The notes: generated from the sequence alone by a model not told the origin. Positions 56,243 through 63,883 are shown, numbered from the stretch's first letter. The stretch: DNA of 64,000 nt from Basidiobolus meristosporus CBS 931.73 (GCA_002104905.1 MCFE01000234.1:57075-121074); one strand, 5' to 3'. Numbers and translations are program-made.

Positions 56243-56360
56243 TGGGCTAGGAGAACGGAAAGTCACCTTTGTGGCTGTATCTTTGTTTTGCAAAGTAGTT
56301 ACACAAAGTCAAAAAAGCTAGAAAACAAAGAAGCCAGCTTAGCAACTCCAAATATTGCAT
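56243..56360 (-). mobile_element. Oldest degenerate 3'-end remnant of the telomeric LINE
   Basis: Words ggaaagtcacc and aaacaaagaagccagc match the 3'-end consensus. Confidence 0.5.
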
Positions 56361-56603
56361 GGTTAGAGGGGAGACAGTCACCAACAGGTGAAATCTTTAT
56401 TTCAGCTCAAAAAAAGAAGCCAGCACTACTGTTGTAGCATTCATACAAGAGTGTGTAGCTGAGGGGAGTTTGTAGTTAGGTTAATGAGAAGGGATGATAG
56501 TTCTTCAGTGCTCAAGACACTGTTCAGTGGGAAGGGGAGTATAAAGAGGGGTAGGAATGATATGTGAACAACATAAATTCAGGGAATATGTCAAGGATTG
56601 ATG
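56361..56603 (-). mobile_element. Telomeric LINE family A, ~240-bp 3' fragment
   Basis: Collinear with 58777-59020, with more substitutions than the longer copy. Confidence 0.85.
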
Positions 56604-56750
56604 CTTAGGGGAGGGAAAGTCACCAAGGTAGGTGAAATCTTAGGGTGTAGGTGTTATAGTAAGGGCTAGGAAAAGGTTAGAAGAGCAGGGGGTCTGGGGG
56701 ATGCAGTCCCCTAGAGAATAAAAAAGCAGGGGTTTTGGGGGATGCAATCC
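56604..56750 (-). mobile_element. Short 3'-end module followed by a G-rich degenerate tract
   Basis: CTTAGGGGAGGGAAAGTCACCAAGGTAGGTGAAATCT, then tagggtgtagg/aagggctagg words and a duplicated gcagggg..gggggatgca unit. Confidence 0.6.
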
Positions 56751-58370
56751 TTAGGGGGGAGACGGTCACCAACAGGTGAAATCTTTATTTCAGTTGAAAC
56801 AAAGAAGCCAGCGTTACTGTTTTAGCTTTGATACAAGAATGTGTAGCTGAGGGGAATTTTAGGTAAGTTAATAAGAAGTGATGATAACTCTTCAGTGCTC
56901 AAGACACTGCTCAGTGGGAAGGGGGGTAGCAAGAGAGGTAAGAATGACTTGTGAATAACATTAATGAGGGGAATGTGATAAGGATTGATATTCATCATAA
57001 AGGGAGTGTGCTACTCCAGATATTGCTGCCAAAGGTCTGTCAAGTACTTCAGGTAGGCCAGCTTGGGTTTTTCTGACTGCAGAATATAGTGAGCAAACTT
57101 CTTGACTTCAGGATCTCCAAGTATAGTTCTCCAGCAGGAGCCAGGTGTAGTGTGGTGTGTTCTCTTCCAGGCCTTAATCAGTGGGTTGTTGCAGTTGTGA
57201 AGTCTGAGATATAATATGGTTCTGCGGTAGAGAAGTCTGATCTTATAGGGCATAAACCCAAAAGCACCAAGAATAGCATATCTGTAGGGGCATTCAGGCA
57301 GATGAGGCACTAAGGAGGTAATGCGCCATATGGCAAACTTGTCAAGCTTAGTGCAGTCTCTAGAAGTAAGAGAGAGAAGTGGTAAGCCAAATTCCAGGAC
57401 AGGGAAGACAAACTGCTTAAGTAGAAGGAGGCAGCTGGGAGCTGAAGTTGTAGGAGGAGTAACAGCCAGTAGCTTGTGGAGTGCCTATCTTGCCAGGATA
57501 ATTCTCTTCTTCAGGTGTGCTCCAGAGTCTAGTCCAGAGGGAAGGAAAGGAAAGCCAAGATATCTAGCAGAAGCCTGAGCAGGTAGAGTGGAGTTCTCCA
57601 AGTTGATAGGAGAGCCCAAAGGTACTGTCTTTGCAATGCAAAGCTGGAGATTATTCTTCTGCAGATACTGGTGGATGGTCTGGGAGTCTTGTTGCACATT
57701 GGAGGAGGATATTCTGATGTCATCAGCAAAAAGAGTAAGCAGGCAGTCAGCTGAGAGTCTTGGGAAATCATTCAGGAAGATGGCAAACAGTATAGGACCA
57801 AGCACAGAGCCTTGAACCACTCCATTAGGAACTGAGGAACACTGGTGATTGCTCACTTGGGTGCAGAATTCTTGCTTGTGGATCCAGAAACAGAGACCTG
57901 ACAAGGAGGGTGAGAGAGGTACTGGAGAAGCATTGCAACTTGAACCAAAGCAGATTTCTGTCAACTGAATCAAAGGCCTTAGTAATATCAAACAGAACAG
58001 AGTGATACTTGCACTGGAGAGAGTGATCTTGGCTAAGTATGACTGCATATTCCAAGGAGAGGCCAGGAACAAAGCCAAACTGTGCAGGGTGATACTTGAG
58101 GGAGTCAGAGTAGAGCTCCTGAGCAAGCAGAAGCTCAAACACCTTTCTGCAGGTGGGCAGCAGAGATGTTGGCCTGTAGGAGCTAGGATCCAGGTGCTTT
58201 CCTTTACCCTTGTACAGTGGCAGAACATTTGCAAAGGACCATTCCTCAGGAGTAGAAAGCTTGGCTGAGCATTGCTGAAACAGTGGAAGCAGAAGTGCAG
58301 ACATGGCCTTGGTACTAGTTGTCAGAAGCTCATAGGAGATTGTGTCCACACCTGGGGCAGTAGAGTTGGG
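56751..58370 (-). mobile_element. Telomeric LINE family A, 5'-truncated ~1.6-kb copy with frameshifted RT
   Basis: Near-identical to 58777-60397. A frameshift near 57840 splits the RT. Confidence 0.92.
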
Positions 58371-58769
58371 GTTAGGGTTGGGTTAGGGGAGGGAAAAGTC
58401 ACCAAGTTGGTGAAATCTTTATTTGAGTTAAGAACTAATCCAAGTACAAATAAAGAAGCCAATTAAGAGGTCTAGAACCTCTCTAATAAGTAATCTAATC
58501 TATGTTTTGTTTCATCTCTAATGTTTGTTTCAATAAAGTAAAGCTCATCAGGGGTAAATATAAAATTCAGGGGTTTTGGGGGAAGTACAAATTGCAGATG
58601 TTTCTGATCAATATAATCCAAGACTGGAACCCAGCCTGGGATTAGGTGTAGTAGGAAAGGTGTGTGGACTTGTAAGTAGCTCTGCCACATAGATCTTAGA
58701 TGGCCCTGAGCCAGTAGTCTTGGTTTCTCAGCTTTTTGAAGTTTTGAAGCAAGCTCTGTTACTACAGCA
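58371..58769 (-). mobile_element. Telomeric LINE family B, ~400-bp 3' fragment
   Basis: The open frame AEKPRLLAQGHLRSMWQSYLQVHTPF..LPPKPLN aligns with family A SEKPKLAYLKYLTDLWQQYLQQHTPF..LPPFPLN. Same 3' hairpin. Confidence 0.8.
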
Positions 58770-58840
58770 CTTAGGGTTAGGGGGGGAGACAGTCACCAAC
58801 AGGTGAAATCTTTATTTCAGTTGAAACAAAGAAGCCAGCG

Positions 58841-61609
58841 CTACTGTTGTAGCTTTGATACAAGAGTGTGTAGCTGAGGGGAATTTGTAGGTAAGTTAAT
58901 AAGAAGTGATGATAGTTCTTCAGTGCTCAAGACACTGTTCAGTGGGAAGGGGGGTAGCAAGAGAGGTAAGAATGACTTGTGAACAACATTAATGAGGGGA
59001 ATGTGATAAGGATTGATATTCATCATAAAGGGAGTGTGCTGCTGCAGATATTGCTGCCAAAGGTCTGTCAAGTACTTCAGGTAGGCCAGCTTGGGTTTTT
59101 CTGACTGCAGAATATAGTGAGCAAACTTCTTGACTTCAGGATCTCCAAGTATAGTTCTCCAGCAGGAGCCAGGTGTTGTGTGGTGTGTTCTCTTCCAGTC
59201 CTTAATCAGTGGGTTGTTACAGTTGTGAAGTCTGAGGTATAATCTGGTTCTAAGGTAGAGAAGTCTGATCTTATAGGGCATAAACCCAAAAGCACCAAGA
59301 ATAGCATGTCTGTAGGGGCATTCAGGCAAATGAGGCACCAAGGAGGTAATGCACCATACTGCAAACTTGTCAAGCTTAGTGCAGTCTCTAGAAGTAAGAG
59401 AGAGAAGTGGTAAGCCAAATTCCAGGACAGGGAAGACAAACTGCTTGAGTAGAAGGAGGCAGCTGGGAGCTGAAGTTGTAGGAGGAGTAACAGCCAGTAG
59501 CTTGTGGAGTGCCTGTCTTGCCAGGATAATTCTCTTCTTCAGGTGTGCTCCAGAGTCTAGTCCAGTAGGAAGGAAAGGAAAGCCAAGATATGTAGCAGAA
59601 ACCTGAGCAGGTAGAGTGGAGTTCTCCAAGTTGATGGGAAAGCCCAAAGGTACTGTCTTTGCAATGGAAAGCTGGAGATTATTCTTCTGCAGATACTGGT
59701 GGATGGTCTGGGAGTCTTGTTGCACATTGGAGGAGGATATTCTGATGTCATCAGCAAAGAGAGTAACCAGGCAGTCAGCTGAGAGTCTTGGGAAATCATT
59801 CAGGAAGATGGCAAACAGTATAGGACCAAGCACAGAGCCTTGAACCACTCCATTAGGAACTGAGAACACAGCTGATTGCTCACTTGGGTGCAGAATTCTT
59901 GCTTGTGGATCCAGAAACAGAGACCTGACAAGGAGGGTGAGAGAGGTACTGGAGAAGCATTGCAACTTGGACCAAAGCAGATTTCTGTCAACTGAATCAA
60001 AGGCCTTAGTAATATCAAACAGAACAGAGGGATACTTGCACTGGAGAGAGTGATCTTGGCTAAGTATGACTGCATATTCCAAGGAGAGGCCAGGAACAAA
60101 GCCAAACTGTGCAGGATGAAAATGAAGGGAGTCAGAGTAGAGCTCCTGAGCAAGCAGAAGCTCAAACACCTTTCTGCAGGTGGGCAGCAGAGATATTGGC
60201 CTGTAGGAGCTAGGATCCAGGTGCTTTCCTTTACCCTTGTACAGTGGCAGAACATTTGCAAAGGACCATTCCTCAGGAGTAGAAAGCTGGGCTGAGCATT
60301 GCTGAAACAGTGGAAGCAGAAGTGCAGACATGGCCTTGGTACTAGTCTTCAGAAGCTCATAGGAGATTGTGTCCACACCTGGAGCAGTAGAGTTGGGAAG
60401 CCTCTTGAGCACATTATGGATTCTCCTTTGATCAAGTGCAAGTGGGATGGGCAGAGTCTTGAAGTCAGGATGAAAGCCAGGAGTTGAGTACTGCTTTGTA
60501 GAGAAGAAGATGTTAGCCAGCTGTTCTGTTGAAGGTAACTTCCTGGAAGAGGGCCTCATTGCCCTGTAGAGTCTTGATACTGTTCTTGTTATAGAGTTGG
60601 AAGATTGCAGAGGCAAGGAACTCATAATATGATCCCGGAGCTGAGTATGCAGAGTGTGGTGAATTGCCTTGGAGTGGTGTATTGCTGTCAGGAGGAGTTT
60701 CTCTGTTTTTGGGTTAGGGAAGCTCAGGTAGCTTTGTTGCAGGGCTGAAACAATGGATTCCCATTTTCTTGAGGTAACAGCAGTAGTCTTGCATGGCAGT
60801 GAGAGGGAGGCAGACACCAGAATCAGATGCTTCACAAAGAGCCAGGCAAAGTTGAGATCATCTGGCAGAGAAAGTAGCAAACTGGCAAGCTTCAAGTAGT
60901 TCCCAAAGTCTTTCTTCTGATTCTTGGTAGCTTTGTGGGTGAGCACAGTAAGTTTTGGCAGCTTCTTCTTCACAACTGGTTGCATAGAAAGGGACCAGGC
61001 TGGGTGGTCAGAGGCTCTCAAGGATCCTAGCTCAGCTCCAGAGAATTGCTTAACTTCATTCACAAAGTAGAGGGCAGCAGCAGAAGGGCAGATCCAGTCA
61101 ACACATCTTTTCTCAGATTGAGCACCTAGTGCTAGCAGGTGGCTTTCTCTCAGGAAGTTCAGTAGGAATGTAGACCTTGGCTTCATTCTTGCAGTCAGAG
61201 TAGTCTTGTTCTCAGGATGGGGAATGTTGAGATCTCCAAGCAAGATAACAGGTGTTGATATAGATTGTTGGTATTGCTGAACCTTCTGGCATATAACTTG
61301 CACTTCCTGAAGGGCTAGACTTGGAGGCAGATAGCAGAGCACCAGACTGATAGTTGGCAACTGGAGAGCAGCACAGTAAGGGGAGTAAAGAGGAACACAG
61401 AGCTGAGGAGTATTGATGGTAGAAGAGATGAAGCAGATAGAGGAGGTATTCTTTGTTCTAGGAGTAGAAAAGCAATATAGATTAGTCAAAAGTATAGAGG
61501 GTAGCTGGACATCAATCAAACACAGGAGGGAAAATCTTGAAAGAAGTCTCTCTAGAGTTGGTCTTGATGGCTGTATGCTGTTGCAGTTAAGCAACAGAAC
61601 TTCAGGTAG
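58841..61609 (-). CDS. ORF2: APE endonuclease plus reverse transcriptase, no AUG start
   Basis: APE motifs LLLNCNS, CYLPP, LGDLN, VDWI, SDH. RT motifs APGVD, YRPISLL, QFGF, FDITKAFDSV, GVVQGSVLGP, LFADD, YLG. No RNase H or C-terminal CCHC recognised. Confidence 0.95.
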   Translation of the reverse strand, partial: LPEVLLLNCNSIQPSRPTLERLLSRFSLLCLIDVQLPSILLTNLYCFSTPRTKNTSSICFISSTINTPQLCVPLYSPYCAALQLPTISLVLCYLPPSLALQEVQVICQKVQQYQQSISTPVILLGDLNIPHPENKTTLTARMKPRSTFLLNFLRESHLLALGAQSEKRCVDWICPSAAALYFVNEVKQFSGAELGSLRASDHPAWSLSMQPVVKKKLPKLTVLTHKATKNQKKDFGNYLKLASLLLSLPDDLNFAWLFVKHLILVSASLSLPCKTTAVTSRKWESIVSALQQSYLSFPNPKTEKLLLTAIHHSKAIHHTLHTQLRDHIMSSLPLQSSNSITRTVSRLYRAMRPSSRKLPSTEQLANIFFSTKQYSTPGFHPDFKTLPIPLALDQRRIHNVLKRLPNSTAPGVDTISYELLKTSTKAMSALLLPLFQQCSAQLSTPEEWSFANVLPLYKGKGKHLDPSSYRPISLLPTCRKVFELLLAQELYSDSLHFHPAQFGFVPGLSLEYAVILSQDHSLQCKYPSVLFDITKAFDSVDRNLLWSKLQCFSSTSLTLLVRSLFLDPQARILHPSEQSAVFSVPNGVVQGSVLGPILFAIFLNDFPRLSADCLVTLFADDIRISSSNVQQDSQTIHQYLQKNNLQLSIAKTVPLGFPINLENSTLPAQVSATYLGFPFLPTGLDSGAHLKKRIILARQALHKLLAVTPPTTSAPSCLLLLKQFVFPVLEFGLPLLSLTSRDCTKLDKFAVWCITSLVPHLPECPYRHAILGAFGFMPYKIRLLYLRTRLYLRLHNCNNPLIKDWKRTHHTTPGSCWRTILGDPEVKKFAHYILQSEKPKLAYLKYLTDLWQQYLQQHTPFMMNINPYHIPLINVVHKSFLPLLLPPFPLNSVLSTEELSSLLINLPTNSPQLHTLVSKLQQ

Positions 61610-63145
61610 TCAGGCAGAGGTTGTAGCTTCTTCAGAGGCAGCATTAACAATGTGACCTGCAGAGTCCCAGAGCTCTTCAAATGGTGCATCACTTAAGTCA
61701 GCAAGGAGGGAAATGGCATGGTTCTTGAGGAAGTATGCCACATCATAGGAGGGGGCTTGTCTCTTGATGGCAGCAAAGAAAGACAGAATGGCAACATGGG
61801 CTGGAGGCTTGTTGAACAGTAGAGAGTCAGAGGATTCTGATTCTTCAGGCACTATCTTGAAGTCAGTTTTCAGCCAGTTAAGGTTCTTCTCCACAAAGGC
61901 AACAAATGGGTCAGCAATGTTTTGGTCTAGGATAACCTCCAGAATCTTCCCTTTTCTCCAGGCCAGGTTGACAATTCTTGAGAGCTGAATATTGCATGCC
62001 TTGAGTGCTTTCCTGATGTTGGAAATGGGGGTCCAGGGAACTTGCTTCAAGTACACCACAGTCCAGGTAGAAGCTGGTGGTAGGTTTGCTGGGGGCTTGT
62101 AAGTCCTTCTGTGTTGCAATGGAGCTGCAGTAGTCAGATTGGAGTCCACATTCTCAGTAGAAGGTTTTCTTGATGTGTCTTGCTGAATAGTACTGGAGCT
62201 GGATGTGCTGATAATTCTTGCTAGAACCTTGCCTGCATAAGTCTGAGGTATAGCTGAGGTGACTGTAGAGGTGGTGGCAGCTGGTGCAGGTGGAGAGGCA
62301 GAGACTGAAGCAGGAACTGAGGTCACCTGGGAGAAGGCAGTAGAAGCAGGTTTTCTGGGAGGAACAGAGTTCACTATCCAGTTGTTCTGTAAAACACTGG
62401 AGTAGCTTTTCTGTGGAACAGGATCTTGCTCTTGAACAGGAACAGAAGCAGGAGGCTGGGGCTGAGCAGTAGTGGTAAGGCAGTGGCACTCCAAGGAAGC
62501 TTTTTGCAAGGCATCTCTGGCAGTTTTCAGGGCAGTATTGGCTTCATTCTTGAGCTTCTTGCATTGGGCATCCAGTCTCTTGTTTTCAATAGCCAGGGCA
62601 GTATTGGCAGCCTCTAAATCAGCAATTCTCTTCTCAATTGCAAGGAATCTCTGAAGAAATGCATCAGTAGAAGTGCTGGCATCTGGGAGAGCAGTGGCAG
62701 GAATAGAGTCCATTGACAGTGGGCTTCTTGGAGGCAAGGAAAGTGGACTGGCAGATTCAGGCACAAAAGGAGATATCCTGGCAGGAGGAGAAGGAGTATC
62801 CAAGGCAGTAACAGAGGCAATTCTTGTTGGTGAAGCAGCAGCAGGGGAGGCAAGCCTGTTCAAAAACTGGGCAGGAGAGAGTGCTTGAGGAGAGGGAGTC
62901 TTCAGCTTGCCAAGCATGTCTTCCATCAGAGTGATACCAATATTCCTGGTGCATTTGCAGAGAAAAGTAAGCTTCCTGAGTCTGCCAGCTCTTCCATTCC
63001 TTCTGATAGTTCCTTTGTTTCCACAGTTGGGGCAAGAAATCTTCTTGACAGACTTGTCAAAGCAATCAAGAACCTTCCTTTCAGGTGTAGTGGGCTCCTG
63101 TTGAGGTTTTGGTGGCATATCCAGAGTTTCAGCTTCAAATTTCAT
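61610..63145 (-). CDS. ORF1 (511 aa from first ATG): zinc ribbon, Pro/Ser-rich linker, coiled coil, C-terminal RRM-like domain
   Basis: Segments CPNCGNKGTIRRNG..FLCKC; FLAIEKRIADLEAANTALAIENKRL (heptads); VVYLKQVPWTPISNIRKALKACNIQLSRIVNL. Confidence 0.85.
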   Translation of the reverse strand: MKFEAETLDMPPKPQQEPTTPERKVLDCFDKSVKKISCPNCGNKGTIRRNGRAGRLRKLTFLCKCTRNIGITLMEDMLGKLKTPSPQALSPAQFLNRLASPAAASPTRIASVTALDTPSPPARISPFVPESASPLSLPPRSPLSMDSIPATALPDASTSTDAFLQRFLAIEKRIADLEAANTALAIENKRLDAQCKKLKNEANTALKTARDALQKASLECHCLTTTAQPQPPASVPVQEQDPVPQKSYSSVLQNNWIVNSVPPRKPASTAFSQVTSVPASVSASPPAPAATTSTVTSAIPQTYAGKVLARIISTSSSSTIQQDTSRKPSTENVDSNLTTAAPLQHRRTYKPPANLPPASTWTVVYLKQVPWTPISNIRKALKACNIQLSRIVNLAWRKGKILEVILDQNIADPFVAFVEKNLNWLKTDFKIVPEESESSDSLLFNKPPAHVAILSFFAAIKRQAPSYDVAYFLKNHAISLLADLSDAPFEELWDSAGHIVNAASEEATTSA

Positions 63146-63362
63146 TTTTGAGATTTTTGGGTGATTTTTGATGGGCGGGATCAAAATTAGGGTTAGGGTT
63201 GCGCGCTGTGACTGCTTTTTACGATCGCAAGGTCAGATCCTAGGAAAAAATAAAAATAGTTAGTAAAGGTGATTTAATGGATGGATGGATGGATTCGGAG
63301 TCAGATTCAATCAAAAAATCAAATCGTTGACTAATTTAAAGAGGGTTAGGGTTAGGGTTAGG

Positions 63363-63883
63363 GGGGAGGAAAGTCACCAAGTGGTGAAATCTTTATTTAC
63401 TTATGACAAGTATCTAAAGAAGCCAAGTTAATCTGAAGTTATTCCTAGAAAGCTAGGTCTGAGAGATATCTTCCTGGTAAGCCAGGTCTGAGAGTTGAGA
63501 AGCTGAGTGGTAATATATTTCCTAGTTAGCTAGGTCTGAGAGTGGTTTCCTGGAAAGCCAGGCCTGAGAAGTGAGAATCTGAATATATCTGAGCTAAGTT
63601 ATACTGGTTTGCGGTAGCTGAATTGTGGCCGGAATGGCCAGTAGACTGGGGGAACTGAGGTGTATTTCTGGGCGATCACTGGCCAAATTTACTAGGCAAA
63701 TCTGGCCAAGTAGCATTTCAAGGATTTCAGCCAATCAGAGCCTTTACTTTGCCCGATGGTTGATCAAGCCATCTCCCAATGAGCACACATCAATTTATTA
63801 ATCAAATTTTGCTGGATCCAGGATTTGAACCCACAACCATGGGTATGGAAGGGTTAGGGATAACCACAAGGCTAAGTGTTCTT
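63363..63883 (-). mobile_element. tRNA-Gly(TCC)-derived SINE sharing the LINE 3' end
   Basis: A-box-like TAGCCTTGTGG (63874-63864), CT-TCC-A loop (anticodon 63849-63847), B box GGTTCAAATCC (63831-63821) at tRNA spacing. The ~70-nt tail is homologous to the family B 3' UTR. No ORF. Confidence 0.8.

Larger units (their letters stand above)
58770..63342 (-). mobile_element. Full-length telomere-associated APE-RT non-LTR retrotransposon (family A)
   Basis: Two intact ORFs, flanked by CTTAGGGTTAGGGG (proximal) and (GGGTTA)3 (distal). No poly(A). The 5' boundary could be 63186 if 63201-63342 is a separate unit. Confidence 0.92.

Noticed and set aside
63236-63270. Branch point, pyrimidine tract and AG (ACTAAC..TTTTCCTAG) in the LINE 5' region
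   Set aside because: No convincing GT donor lies at the 50-60 nt distance typical of introns here.
58770-63342. Identity as a Penelope-like (Athena/Coprina) or REL-type (MoTeR) telomeric element
   Set aside because: An N-terminal APE domain and LINE-type RT motifs are present. No GIY-YIG or C-terminal REL/CCHC motif was seen.
56243-63400. Repeat-spacer appearance of the hairpin modules (CRISPR-like)
   Set aside because: The context is eukaryotic, spacing is irregular (0.1-4.5 kb), and the spacers are retroelement bodies.
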